From an uncultured Acidobacteriota bacterium (GTDB lineage Bacteria; Acidobacteriota; UBA6911): 64,000 nucleotides of DNA. The DNA is taken from contig CAWJKZ010000013.1 in the NCBI GenBank assembly GCA_963843575.1, positions 160,001 through 224,000 of the forward strand, read 5' to 3'. Position 1 is the stretch's first letter, and each line of letters begins with the position of its first letter. This document shows, in pieces, positions 51,532-61,774 of the stretch. Made by a program: the position numbers and the translations under genes. The notes below the pieces were generated by a model. That model saw only the letters and a program-made list of their open reading frames with translations. It searched no databases and had not been told where the DNA came from.

Positions 51532-52998
51532 ATGCGCCGTGCCGTCGAAACCCCATCTCCCTCGCGTCGCGCATTCCTGCGCGCCACTGCCGCCGCCCCG
51601 CTGACGGCACTGACGGGTTGCGCGGTGCTCACCAGGAAATACCGTCCGACCGACATCCGGGTCGAGGACGTCACCACGAGTTACGAAGAATTCCTGTACC
51701 GGGCCCCGTACCGCTTTGGCGGGCGCGCCGTCGACCGCGCTACCATCCTGAACGTCGTGTGCAGCGTGCGCACGCTCGACGGCCGGGTAGCCACGGGTTT
51801 CGGGTCGATGCCGCTCGGCAACGTGTGGTCCTTCCCGTCCAAGGTGATGTCCTACGACACCACCCTGGACGCGATGAAAGCGCTAGCCGACCGCATCGGC
51901 CGGATCGTGAAGGACTACCAATCGCCCGGACACCCGCTGGAGCTGAACGCCCACCTCGAACCTCTGTTCCTCAAGGCGGCCACGGAAGTCTCCGCCGAAC
52001 GGAAACTGGCCTCTCCCATTCCTGTCCTGTGCACGATGGTCACCGCCAGCCCGTTCGACGCGGCGATTCATGACGCGTTCGGCAAGGCGCACGGCTTGAG
52101 CTGTTACGCGACCTACGGTGCTGATTTCGTAAAGAGGGACCTCTCCGCTTTCCTCGGCCCCGATTTCAGGGGTGAGTATCCCGACCGATACGTCCTGCGG
52201 AATCCCGAGCCGCGCATTCCAATTTTCCACTCCGTCGGGGCGGGCGACCCGATCACGCCCGCAGACGTCTCCAAGCCCCTGGCCGACGGGTATCCCGAAA
52301 CGCTCGGGGAGTGGATCGAGTTCAACGGAGTGCGCCGGATCAAAATCAAGCTCGACGGCGAAGATCTTCGCGGGGACCTCGACCGGGTAGTCCGGATCGA
52401 CAGGACCGCCGAGGAGGTTCAGGGCCGGCGCGCCGTGCGGGAGTGGTTTTACTCGCTCGACTTCAACGAGAATTGCCCCAACGTCGAGTTCCTGCTGGAA
52501 TTCCTGAGGCGCCTCAAGGAGCAGGCGCCCGCCGGGTTTGAGCGGATCCTCTACATCGAGCAACCGACCGCCCGCGACCTGAAGGCGCATCGCTCCAACA
52601 CCATGCACCAGGCTGCCCGTCTGCGACCCGTGGTCATCGACGAGTCGCTGACCGACATGGAGTCGTTGCTGCTGGCCCGGGAGATGGGCTATACCGGGAT
52701 CGCCCTGAAGGCGTGCAAGGGGCAGAGCCAGGCGGTGCTGATGGCCGCCGCCGGCCGCAAGTACGGCATGTTCCTTTGCGTGCAAGACCTGACCTGCCCG
52801 GGCGCCGCTTTCATCCACTCCGCCGGGATCGCCGCTCACGTCCGCGGAGTCAGCGGGATCGAGGCCAATGCGCGCCAGTACGTTCCGGCCGCCAACCGGC
52901 TCTGGGAGCTGAAATTTCCCGGGATATTCGTCATCAAGGATGGCACCATCGAAACCGGCACCCTTACTGGTGCCGGATTGGGCGCCGTGGACGTCTGA
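51532..52998 (+). CDS. Tat-exported enolase-superfamily (mandelate racemase-like) protein
   Basis: SRRAFL signal with LTGC lipobox-like motif; [32 protein letters not shown]. Confidence 0.78.
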   Translation: MRRAVETPSPSRRAFLRATAAAPLTALTGCAVLTRKYRPTDIRVEDVTTSYEEFLYRAPYRFGGRAVDRATILNVVCSVRTLDGRVATGFGSMPLGNVWSFPSKVMSYDTTLDAMKALADRIGRIVKDYQSPGHPLELNAHLEPLFLKAATEVSAERKLASPIPVLCTMVTASPFDAAIHDAFGKAHGLSCYATYGADFVKRDLSAFLGPDFRGEYPDRYVLRNPEPRIPIFHSVGAGDPITPADVSKPLADGYPETLGEWIEFNGVRRIKIKLDGEDLRGDLDRVVRIDRTAEEVQGRRAVREWFYSLDFNENCPNVEFLLEFLRRLKEQAPAGFERILYIEQPTARDLKAHRSNTMHQAARLRPVVIDESLTDMESLLLAREMGYTGIALKACKGQSQAVLMAAAGRKYGMFLCVQDLTCPGAAFIHSAGIAAHVRGVSGIEANARQYVPAANRLWELKFPGIFVIKDGTIETGTLTGAGLGAVDV

Positions 52999-53165
52999 CC
53001 CGAAGCCTACAAATTCCGCCGGGCGGCGGCAGGCGCGCACACCCGCACAACGCTCGCCGCGTGCGGTGCCTCGACCTGAACCATGTGCGAGGCGCAACCG
53101 GAGTTGACGACTCTCAGCGGTTCGAGTCTTGGAGGTGAACCGTAGAGTTCACCCCGGAGGGAACG

Positions 53166-54908
53166 ATGTCTGCAAACCACCTCATCCCGGCCCTGCTCAT
53201 CTGCGGAGCGCTCTCCATCGGCTCGCCCGGGTCCGCCGGCCCGCCCGCCGCCGACCTTGTGCTGCGCAACGGGACCATCGCGACCGTCGACGAGAAGCGC
53301 CCGGTCGCCCAGGCTATTGCAGTGCGGGGGGGGGTGATCGCCGTCGTCGGCAGCGACCGCGAGATCATGCCTTACATTGGGGGCGCCACCCGTGTCATCG
53401 ACCTGCACGGCAGTTTCGCCATCCCCGGCTTCATCGAAAGCCACGCCCACCTCGCAGGCATCGGCCAGTCGAAGATGCAGCTGGATCTGATGGCCGCACG
53501 GTCCTGGGACGAAATCGTCGCCCTGGTGCGCGCCGAGGTGCGGAAAACCTCACCGGGCCAATGGATACTCGGCCGGGGATGGCACCAGGAAAAGTGGACG
53601 ACTCGTCCATCGCCCAACATCGAAGGTTTTCCCTTGCACGAAACCCTGTCCGGGGTGTCGCCGAACAACCCCGTGCTCCTCACTCACGCCAGTGGACACG
53701 CCACGTATGCGAACGCAAAGGCGATGGAACTGGCCGGGATCACGACGGCCACACCGGATCCTCCGGGAGGAGACATCGTGCGCGATCGCGCCGGCAACGC
53801 GATAGGAGTCTTCCGGGAAACCGCCTCCAGCCTGCTGCACCGGGCCTACAGCGCCGCGCTGGCCCGGAGGACACCCGGACAGATCCGGGCAGACGAGCGC
53901 CGGCAGATCGAACTCGCGATCCGCGAATGTCTGTCCAAGGGGATAACCACCTTTCACGACGCCGGCGCCTCGTTCAAAACAGTCGATCTCTACAGGGAGC
54001 TTGCCGACGAAGGGAAGCTCGGGCTGCGCCTGTACGTGATGCTGAGCGAGGACAACGCCGCGCTGGCGCGCGGGCTCGATCGTTACCGCACGATCGGATA
54101 CGGAGGCGGCCACCTGACCGTGCGCGCCATCAAACGGCTGATGGACGGGGCCCTGGGCTCGCGTGGAGCCTGGCTGCTCGAGCCCTACAGCGATCTGCCC
54201 GGGAGCAGCGGATTGAACACGACGCCCGTGCAGCAGATCGCGGAGACGGCGGATCTGGCCGTCCGGCACGGGTACCAGCTCTGCGTCCACGCCATCGGTG
54301 ACCGGGCTAACCGGGAGACGCTCGGGATATTCGAAAATGTCGTGCGAAGCCACCCCGGGAGCGACCTGCGCTGGCGGATTGAGCACGCGCAGCACCTGAG
54401 CGCCGCGGATGCCCTGCGCTTTGGCGCGCTCGGCGTGATAGCCGCGATGCAGGGCGTGCATTGCACCTCCGACGCGCCGTACGTGCTGGCGCGACTCGGC
54501 GCAGCCAGGGCCGAGGAAGGGGCCTACGTGTGGCAAAAGGTCCTGAGATCCGGCGGGATCGTCTGCAACGGCACCGATGCGCCCGTCGAAGACGTGAGCC
54601 CTGTTGCGTCCTACTACGCGAGCGTGTCCCGAAAACTCAAGGATGGCTCCCTTTTCTACCCGGACCAGAGGATGAGCCGCGCCGAAGCGCTGCGATCCTA
54701 CACCCTGAACGGGGCGTTTGCGGCGTTCGAAGAGGCATCCAAGGGATCGCTCACCCCCGGCAAGCTGGCAGACATCACGGTCCTCTCCCAGGACATGCTG
54801 TCGGTTGCCGAAGAAGAGATCCCGAAGACGCAAGTGATCTGCACCATCGTGGGAGGGGAAGTGCTTTACAGTCAAAACCGGGAGTCGCGAAGCGGAGGCC
54901 GGAAGTGA
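53166..54908 (+). CDS. Amidohydrolase family 3 (YtcJ-like), exported
   Basis: PGFIESHAHL, HASGHA, DGALGSRGA, HAIGDRAN, RIEHAQH, GTDAPVE, GSLTPGKLAD. Confidence 0.9.
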   Translation: MSANHLIPALLICGALSIGSPGSAGPPAADLVLRNGTIATVDEKRPVAQAIAVRGGVIAVVGSDREIMPYIGGATRVIDLHGSFAIPGFIESHAHLAGIGQSKMQLDLMAARSWDEIVALVRAEVRKTSPGQWILGRGWHQEKWTTRPSPNIEGFPLHETLSGVSPNNPVLLTHASGHATYANAKAMELAGITTATPDPPGGDIVRDRAGNAIGVFRETASSLLHRAYSAALARRTPGQIRADERRQIELAIRECLSKGITTFHDAGASFKTVDLYRELADEGKLGLRLYVMLSEDNAALARGLDRYRTIGYGGGHLTVRAIKRLMDGALGSRGAWLLEPYSDLPGSSGLNTTPVQQIAETADLAVRHGYQLCVHAIGDRANRETLGIFENVVRSHPGSDLRWRIEHAQHLSAADALRFGALGVIAAMQGVHCTSDAPYVLARLGAARAEEGAYVWQKVLRSGGIVCNGTDAPVEDVSPVASYYASVSRKLKDGSLFYPDQRMSRAEALRSYTLNGAFAAFEEASKGSLTPGKLADITVLSQDMLSVAEEEIPKTQVICTIVGGEVLYSQNRESRSGGRK

Positions 54909-54984
54909 AATCCCGGGAGACAGAGAAGCCGGATGTGACGGCTTCCTGTTTCTGGCTTCCTGCTTCTGCATCTGGGAGCGCCCC

Positions 54985-56169
54985 ATGCAGGATCTAACGA
55001 GCAAGGAACGGATGGCACGGGCTATGTGGCTCGAAGAGCCCGACCGCGTTCCCGTCATGTGTCAGCTCTCGCTGGGACATTACTTCCTGAACACGTCCAT
55101 GCCAGAGGTGGAAATCTGGCACTCGACCGAGGCGTTCGGCGAAGCGCTCATTGAGCTTCAGCGCCGCTATGCGTTCGACGGCATCCTCGTCAACCTGCCC
55201 GGTCGGGACCCCGACTGGCGTTCGTACGTAGAGAAGATCGAGCAGAGGGGCAGCGCGAAGGTCATCAGCTGGAAGAGTGGCTGGTACACGGTCTGCCCGC
55301 CCGACGACAACCCGCACGCCTATCGTCCGGACGGGCAAGCCAATGTGGTCGCCTTCGACGCCCTGGACCCGGAGAAACTCTTCTATATCGAGCCGCACGA
55401 TCCCAAGGGCCCCGTATACCCGTCCTGCTGGGGGTTTGCCGAGGACCCCGCCCGACTGGACGATTTCTTTCCGCCGTGGCAATTCGACACGATCGACTAT
55501 GTCGTCGACCGAGTCGGGACCCGGGTGTCGGTGCACGGCGAAGTCTTCTCGCCCTTTACCCAGATGTTGGAACTGATCGGCTATTCCCACGCCTTGATGG
55601 CCCTCGTGGAGAACCCGGAAAGGTTCGAGTCCTGCCTGGATGCGCTGACCGCCGGGACCATCGCTCTGGCGCGCGGCCAGGCTGACCACGGCGTGGATGC
55701 AATTCTGATTTCGTCGGCCTTCGCGGGAGCGGGATTCATCTCTCCGGCGCACTATCGACAGTTCGTGCTGCCCTATGAAAAGCGGGTCGTCGAGGGGGTG
55801 AAAGCCTCCCACGAGATTCCCGTCTACACCCACACCTGCGGGAAGATCGGGGACCGGCTCGAACTGATCCAGCGTACGGGGACCAACGGCATCGACACGC
55901 TCGACCCGCCCCCGCTCGGTGATGTCGAGCTGTCCGAGGCCAAAAAGCGCGTCGGGGACAGGCTTTTCTTGAAGGGGAACCTGAATCCCATCGAGACACT
56001 GCTGCACGGGAACCGGGAAGCTGTGGGGCGCGAGGCCGTCCGCTGCATCGACTCAGCCTCGGAGCATGGCGGCTACATCCTCAGTTCCGCCTGCTCCGTC
56101 CCCCCCCACACCCCCCCGTCAAATCTGGAGGTCTTGTCGGAAATTGCGGACCTGTTCGGTCGATATTAG
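54985..56169 (+). CDS. Uroporphyrinogen decarboxylase-family (MtaA/CmuA-like) protein
   Basis: TSKERM..PDRVPV, ISPAHYRQFVLPY, YTHTCG, LKGNLNP, YILSSACSVP. Confidence 0.82.
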   Translation: MQDLTSKERMARAMWLEEPDRVPVMCQLSLGHYFLNTSMPEVEIWHSTEAFGEALIELQRRYAFDGILVNLPGRDPDWRSYVEKIEQRGSAKVISWKSGWYTVCPPDDNPHAYRPDGQANVVAFDALDPEKLFYIEPHDPKGPVYPSCWGFAEDPARLDDFFPPWQFDTIDYVVDRVGTRVSVHGEVFSPFTQMLELIGYSHALMALVENPERFESCLDALTAGTIALARGQADHGVDAILISSAFAGAGFISPAHYRQFVLPYEKRVVEGVKASHEIPVYTHTCGKIGDRLELIQRTGTNGIDTLDPPPLGDVELSEAKKRVGDRLFLKGNLNPIETLLHGNREAVGREAVRCIDSASEHGGYILSSACSVPPHTPPSNLEVLSEIADLFGRY

Positions 56170-56390
56170 GGACGGACCAAGGTAAATATATTTATATAAA
56201 TAAGATACGTGGATTTTGGACCGAAAAACAGGGCTTATTCCCATTTTTGGCCCAGTTTTTCAAAACAAGCCGCGCGTGCATTGGCCATGCGCTTGAGCTC
56301 CTTATTTCGAAAAAAAGGGAATAAGGCGGAATTCTGAGGTCAATTTTGGCTCAAATTATACCAAAACAAATACTTATTCTGGTCCGTCCC
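56169..56390. mobile_element. AT-rich MITE-like element between convergent stop codons
   Basis: Terminal IR GGGACGGACCA/TGGTCCGTCCC with looser extension; strongly AT-rich interior; no ORF. Confidence 0.55.
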
Positions 56391-56392
56391 CA

Positions 56393-57259
56393 CTAATACA
56401 GCGGGCGGGTTTTGGGGTCGTAGCCTGCTTTGCCGAGCGACTTGAGCAGCGGGCGGGCTCCGTTTGACATCATCCCGAGTTCGCTGCCGGCCTGAAAGAA
56501 CAGAAACCCCTCCTCGATGAACCGCTGGATTTGCTCGGGGGTGCCGGCGGGGCGTCCCAGCGGGACGTTGTGTTTCCTGGCTGCAGCCACTATCTTCGCG
56601 ATCGCCTGCTGGACGGCGGGCACATCCTGTCTCCCCTCGTAACCGAGCGAGAACGAGAGGTCGTTTGTCCCGATGAACAGGACGTCTATGCCGGGGACGG
56701 CTGCGATCTCATCGATGCGTTCCACGGCCTGCGCCTGCTCGACGATGACGATCACCATGGCGTTGCGGTTGGCGAACTTCGTGTACCCTTCGGGTGCCGG
56801 CCAGCGGAAGCTGGCCAGCCCAGGGGCGGACCCGCGCAGCCCTTCCGGGGGGTACTTGCAGGCGGCAACGGCCTGGCGCGCCAGCTCGGGGGTAGCGGTG
56901 AAGGGGAACATGACCCCCATGCTGCCCTGGTCCAGGACGCGCTTGGCGGTCCAGAGCTCGTTTACGGGCACCCGCGCAAACGGCATCGCCTTCAACCCGC
57001 GCGTTGCCAGCACCATGTTGCGAAGCGTCTCGAGGGTGATGGGACTGTGCTCCATCTCGATCCAGAGGAAATCGAATCCCAGGTTTGCCGCCTGAGCGGC
57101 AATCTCCGGGCTCGCGACCGTGATGGTCATGCCGATGACGGGCTTGCCCTCGCGCAGGAGCTTTTTAACGGGATTCTCCCACTCCGGCTGATCCTGGGCT
57201 ACGGCCAGTCCGAGCGAGACGAGCAAGGCGCAACCGAGCGCGCGCAATGGAGGTTTCAT
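56393..57259 (-). CDS. HpcH/HpaI aldolase family protein with signal peptide
   Basis: GFDFLWIEMEHS, KRVLDQG, KYPPEGLRG, DVLFIGTNDLS; N-terminal LLVSLGLAVAQ. Confidence 0.87.
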   Translation of the reverse strand: MKPPLRALGCALLVSLGLAVAQDQPEWENPVKKLLREGKPVIGMTITVASPEIAAQAANLGFDFLWIEMEHSPITLETLRNMVLATRGLKAMPFARVPVNELWTAKRVLDQGSMGVMFPFTATPELARQAVAACKYPPEGLRGSAPGLASFRWPAPEGYTKFANRNAMVIVIVEQAQAVERIDEIAAVPGIDVLFIGTNDLSFSLGYEGRQDVPAVQQAIAKIVAAARKHNVPLGRPAGTPEQIQRFIEEGFLFFQAGSELGMMSNGARPLLKSLGKAGYDPKTRPLY

Positions 57260-57314
57260 GGGTGATCTCCTCGGGAACGGGCGAAGCATACTCAAAGAAT
57301 GGGAGACGGTGGCC

Positions 57315-57884
57315 TCACTCCTCCTCATCCGGTTCGAGGTCCTCCTCCTCCGCCACGTCTAGCGGCTCCTCCTCCAGTTCGAGTTCCTTGGAGCCGAGAC
57401 CCTCTTCGTCGTACGTGTCCTCGAAGCCGAACACGCGTCCCCGCCGGCGCTCGCGGATAGGCCCTTTCTTCCTCTCGTCGTTCATCGACTGCCGATTCGC
57501 TTGGCGGCGGCTGCGTCCCGGTTTGGCGTCGGGGCCGAACGTCCGGGCCCTGGGTTCAAACGGCGGCGGTCCGCCAAAACTCGGCCGAGCCATCGGGCCG
57601 TGGTGACCGCCCGGGCTCGGGCGCGATCCACCCCCCTCTCTCGGCCGTGCTTCGTTGACGGCAACCGCACGGCCGCGCAGGCTCTGGTTGTTGAGGCGGC
57701 GGACCGCCTCGTCGGCCGCGCTGCGCTCCTCGAATTCGACGAATGCAAACCCGCGCCGCTTGCCGGTTTCGCGGTCCACCGGGATGAATGCGTGAGCGAG
57801 AGGTCCGACCGGTGCAAAGAAAGCCTTCAACTCATCTTCGGTCACATCGTACGGAAGGTTACCGACAAACAAACGAACGGGCAT
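57315..57884 (-). CDS. RRM RNA-binding protein, paralog 1
   Basis: RNP2 LFVGNL, RNP1 RGFAFVEF, VNEARPRE, basic/Gly-Pro linker, acidic tail. Confidence 0.92.
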   Translation of the reverse strand: MPVRLFVGNLPYDVTEDELKAFFAPVGPLAHAFIPVDRETGKRRGFAFVEFEERSAADEAVRRLNNQSLRGRAVAVNEARPREGGGSRPSPGGHHGPMARPSFGGPPPFEPRARTFGPDAKPGRSRRQANRQSMNDERKKGPIRERRRGRVFGFEDTYDEEGLGSKELELEEEPLDVAEEEDLEPDEEE

Positions 57885-58020
57885 TCTCACCCCTTTGTCA
57901 TTATGGAAAATCACCGGACACCCCGGAGCTAAAACCTCCGGTGAGACCGTTTTATGCGATGTTTTGCCGCCGTTTGTCCACAAGTTTTTATCGGACGCGC
58001 GCGCGCAGCGCCGTGCCCGG

Positions 58021-58446
58021 TTAAAGCAGCCTGGCGTCCAGCACGATGTCGACGCCCGCCAGCGCCCTGGAGACGGGGCAGGTCTTCTTGGCTGCTTCCG
58101 CCTGCTCGTGGAATGCAGCGGGATCGAGCCCCGGGACCTCGGCTTCGGTGTGAAGTTCGATGCGGCTTATCTTGAACCCCTCGGGGGACTTCTCGAGGCG
58201 CACGGCGGCCCTTGTCTGCACGCGCTTGGGGGAGTATCCGGCCTGACCGAGGCCCGCGGTCAAGGCCATCGAAAAACAGCCTGCGTGGGCTGCGCCTATC
58301 AACTCTTCCGGGTTCGTCCCGGTTCCGTCCTCGAAGCGCGACGAGAACGAATACGCCCCTTCGTAGGCGCCGCTCCCCAGACGCATCCGGCCCTTTCCCG
58401 ACTTGAGGTCTCCTTCCCACACCGCACTCGCTGAACGTAGTGGCAT
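58021..58446 (-). CDS. osmC: OsmC peroxiredoxin
   Basis: AVWEGDLKSGKG, GTNPEELIGAAHAGCFSMAL, AKKTCPVSRAL. Confidence 0.95.
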   Translation of the reverse strand: MPLRSASAVWEGDLKSGKGRMRLGSGAYEGAYSFSSRFEDGTGTNPEELIGAAHAGCFSMALTAGLGQAGYSPKRVQTRAAVRLEKSPEGFKISRIELHTEAEVPGLDPAAFHEQAEAAKKTCPVSRALAGVDIVLDARLL

Positions 58447-58615
58447 TTCCCCACCTCCCGGTTAATGCGATCAGTTGTCGCGCGACCGGGCGCACCTGAC
58501 CCGGCCCCGACAAGCGCAGTTCGCAACACCGAACTCGGTGTCGTGTTGAAGAGCCGGAGATCGATCCCGGCCCCCGAACGTTTACCGCGCGGTGCGAAAC
58601 TGCGGACGTCAGCCG

Positions 58616-59233
58616 CTATTCCTGGTGCTCATCCCCGACATCCCGGGGCTCGATTTCCATGTCGGATTCCGCTTCGATCTCGAGGATACCGTCGTCGTTG
58701 TCCTTAAAATCGAAATCTTCTTCGGAATCCTCGTCGACACGGCCGCGGAGGAACATTTTCTTGCCCCACTCGGACTTGTGGGGTTTGGTCTGGGGACGCC
58801 GCTTGCGGTCGGGTTTCGCAGGGGGGCCGAAGTTGCGGCTGCGGCGTTTCTGCGGTGCGAGCTCGTCGAGGGCCGCAGGAGCGTGCGAGCCTCCTCCCGG
58901 GCGGAACGCGGGCCTCCCCGGGGTGGACGACGACGGCATGGGCCGCGAGTATCCGTTGCCCCGGGGGGGCGCCGGACCCCGACTCTCCCGCTCGCGGGCC
59001 TCTTTGACGGCGATTGGTCGACCCTTGAACGACTGTTGGTTCAAGCGCTGGATCGCGTCGTCGGCCTCGCCTTGACTACCCAACTCTATAAAGGCGAACC
59101 CGCGCTGCTTCCCGGTTTCCCGATCGACGGGAAGGAAGACCCGCGAAAGCCGCCCTACAGGTGCAAAAAACTCCCTTAATTCGTTTTCGGTTACGTCGTA
59201 GGGGAGATTCCCCACGAAGAGACGTACGGACAT
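58616..59233 (-). CDS. RRM RNA-binding protein, paralog 2
   Basis: LFVGNL, RGFAFIEL, VKEARERE, acidic tail. Confidence 0.92.
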   Translation of the reverse strand: MSVRLFVGNLPYDVTENELREFFAPVGRLSRVFLPVDRETGKQRGFAFIELGSQGEADDAIQRLNQQSFKGRPIAVKEARERESRGPAPPRGNGYSRPMPSSSTPGRPAFRPGGGSHAPAALDELAPQKRRSRNFGPPAKPDRKRRPQTKPHKSEWGKKMFLRGRVDEDSEEDFDFKDNDDGILEIEAESDMEIEPRDVGDEHQE

Positions 59234-59456
59234 TCGAAGTTTAACCTCGTTTTCGTTGCTGATGCTGGCGTGATGAGAAGAAGCGGGGAGCAGTCCAAAA
59301 CTCAGCGTTCCTGTTGCGGGGAAATGAGATGCGCGTCGACCCGCGCTTCTTCACGAGTCATGGCTAAAATGTTACTCAAAACCCGGAGTTTTTCAATCCC
59401 CATCGCATCCGTCGGATGCCGAGGCCCCGGCGGCGCTCGCCGTGGGACTGGCGTGC

Positions 59457-59699
59457 TCACGCAAGACCCCCGTCGGGCGCCGCGGCGCCTGAAAGCCCCC
59501 TCGGGTGGCCCCATCTGTGACCGCATCTCAGACAATGCCATCGGGGATCGTTCCCGGTCGGTTCGCTGCCGCGGGTGACGGACAATCCAGGGTCAGCGCC
59601 GATCGTGCTCCCGGCCCCGGAAGGGGGACCATCGACGATCCGCGCCACCCGGGGGAAGCCGCATCGGGGGCACCGGTGCGGCCGACCGCCGACGCTCAT
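59457..59699 (-). CDS. Small zinc-ribbon-like protein
   Basis: MSVGGRPHRCPRCG...PRWHCLRCGHRW has two CxxC pairs; ATG overlaps the upstream TGA (ATGA). Confidence 0.55.
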   Translation of the reverse strand: MSVGGRPHRCPRCGFPRVARIVDGPPSGAGSTIGADPGLSVTRGSEPTGNDPRWHCLRCGHRWGHPRGLSGAAAPDGGLA

Positions 59700-59947
59700 T
59701 GACCCTTCGACTTCAGGGCGCTGTCGTTGTCCCGTATGAATGCCTGGATCTGCTCCGACAATCCGAGGAGCCGCAGCCATTGCTCCTTGTAGAGCGTTAC
59801 AGGGAAGCGCCCCAGCCCGTACACGGAAAGGCCCCCTTTTTCGCTCACCTTCAGGGTAAGCCCGCGCGCGGGCTGCTTACGGGGTGTTGCGGCCTGGTCC
59901 TCGGCCGGCGTGGTTGGTGCGTCGTTGGCGTTCTGTTCCTCTTCCAT
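59696..59947 (-). CDS. Small conserved hypothetical protein
   Basis: LKVSEKGGLSVYGLGRFPVTLYKEQWLRLL is a compact motif I recognise from a widespread small-protein family. Confidence 0.72.
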   Translation of the reverse strand: MEEEQNANDAPTTPAEDQAATPRKQPARGLTLKVSEKGGLSVYGLGRFPVTLYKEQWLRLLGLSEQIQAFIRDNDSALKSKGQ

Positions 59948-60106
59948 TTCTTGGCTCGTTCCCTTCGGCAGAAGAATTCAAGTAGTTGCGGACAACGTTA
60001 TATCAATGTGTGTCGCCAGGTTCCAGTCCGCATATTGCGCATTGTCGGGCTCATGCCCGGGAAAGAGCGCCGAAGTTCGGCGGCAAAGGCAGGCCGCCAG
60101 GGGGAT

Positions 60107-60733
60107 TCAGCCGGACGATTCCGTGCGGCTTCTGCCCGTCGTGCCCCGTGTGCGGGCGACCTGGAATCCGACCCGGACCAGCAGCAGGGCCGTCAGAATG
60201 ACCGCGTAGATCGCAGGTTCCCGGATGTCGGCCTTCTGTTTCCACCAGAAGTGCACGACCGCCGCCGTCCCGCTGAGGTAGACGAGCCGGTGCAGCGTCT
60301 GCCATTTCCTCCCGAGTCTCCGGATCGCGCCCCGGGTTGAGGTGGCGGCGAGCGGAACCATGGACAGGAACGCAAGCGTCCCGACCGTGATGAACGGCCG
60401 CTTCGCGACGTCTTTGAGCATGTCCCCCAAGTCGAAGAACTTGTCGAGCCAGACGTAAGTAACAAGGTGCAGCGAGCCGTAGAAGAAGGCGAACAGGCCG
60501 GACAGGCGCCGGAACTTCGTCGGCCAGGACAGCCCCGTGATCCGGCGCAGCGGGGTGATCGCCAGCGTGACCATCAGCAGGACAAGCGTGGTCTTCCCGG
60601 TGGAGAGGGTGACGTACTCGATCGGGTTCGCCCCGAGTCCGCCATAGAAACCCTTGTAGCCGAGCCGGCCCAAGGGTGCGAGGCAGGCGATCCAGGCCAC
60701 GGTCTTCAGCACCACCAGCTGGGGCCTCTTCAC
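60107..60733 (-). CDS. msrQ: Protein-methionine-sulfoxide reductase heme-binding subunit
   Basis: LGANPIE, TLAITPLRR, RRLSGLFAFFYGSLH, KRPFITVG, WQTLHRLVY, VHFWW. Confidence 0.93.
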   Translation of the reverse strand: MKRPQLVVLKTVAWIACLAPLGRLGYKGFYGGLGANPIEYVTLSTGKTTLVLLMVTLAITPLRRITGLSWPTKFRRLSGLFAFFYGSLHLVTYVWLDKFFDLGDMLKDVAKRPFITVGTLAFLSMVPLAATSTRGAIRRLGRKWQTLHRLVYLSGTAAVVHFWWKQKADIREPAIYAVILTALLLVRVGFQVARTRGTTGRSRTESSG

Positions 60734-60734
60734 G

Positions 60735-61688
60735 TCAGAAGTTCTTCCTGAGATCCAGCCCAGAGTACAGCGAAGCCACCTGGTCGGCATAGCCGTTGAA
60801 CATCAGGGTGCTGCGTTTGAAGAATTCCCCGATTCGCCTCTCTTTTGCCTGGCTCCAACGCGGGTGATCGACCTCCGGGTTGACGTTGGAGTAGAAGCCG
60901 TATTCGCTCGGCGCCGAGAGATTCCATGTCGTCGGCGGCTGGTTGCGCACGAAGTGGATCTTCACGATGGATTTGATGCTCTTGAAACCGTATTTCCACG
61001 GAACGACGAGGCGGATCGGCGCCCCGTTCTGGTTGGGGAGGACCTCTCCGTAAAGGCCGACCGAGAGCAGGGTGAGCGGGTGCATCGCCTCGTCCATCCG
61101 AAGACCCTCCACGTAGGGCCACTGAAGCACGGACCGGCGCTGCCCGGGCATCCGGCTCATGTCCAGGAGCGTCTCGAAGGCGACATACCGGGCCTTGGAC
61201 GTCGGTTCGACGCTCCGGATCAGCGAGTTGAGCGGGATCCCGATCCACGGGATGACCATCGACCAGCCCTCGACGCAGCGCATGCGATAGACACGCTCCT
61301 CGAGCGACGGGTGCGTCTTGAGGATGCGATCGACGTCGTACTTGCCGGGCTTTGCCACTTCTCCTTCGATCGACACAGTCCACGGGCTCGGTTTGAGGGT
61401 GCCGGCGTATCGGGCGGGATCTTCCTTTTCGGTGCCGAATTCGTAGAAATTGTTGTAGCCGGTGACGTCCTTGAGCGGAGTGAGTTGCTCACCGCGGGTG
61501 CTGAGAGGGCTCTGCACGTACTGCAACCTCGTCGCCCCGCGCGCGGCCTCTTCGAAACCTGCCAGGGCGCGCACCGAGAACGCCGCCCCGGCGGCGACCG
61601 CCCCGGCCAGGAACTTGCGGCGGTTCAGGTAGACCTCACGCGGAGTGATTTCGGAAGACTTGAACGGATCGCGACTCTTGAAAATCAT
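60735..61688 (-). CDS. msrP: Protein-methionine-sulfoxide reductase catalytic (Mo) subunit
   Basis: [12 protein letters not shown] Tat signal, [43 protein letters not shown]. Confidence 0.96.
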   Translation of the reverse strand: MIFKSRDPFKSSEITPREVYLNRRKFLAGAVAAGAAFSVRALAGFEEAARGATRLQYVQSPLSTRGEQLTPLKDVTGYNNFYEFGTEKEDPARYAGTLKPSPWTVSIEGEVAKPGKYDVDRILKTHPSLEERVYRMRCVEGWSMVIPWIGIPLNSLIRSVEPTSKARYVAFETLLDMSRMPGQRRSVLQWPYVEGLRMDEAMHPLTLLSVGLYGEVLPNQNGAPIRLVVPWKYGFKSIKSIVKIHFVRNQPPTTWNLSAPSEYGFYSNVNPEVDHPRWSQAKERRIGEFFKRSTLMFNGYADQVASLYSGLDLRKNF

Positions 61689-61774
61689 TTTCCCCCCCAC
61701 CCTCTCCTGGAAGTATAGGATTCCAGGCGGGGAGGCTCAAGTGGGCGGCTTCGGCTCGCGATCGGGACGGCGGG

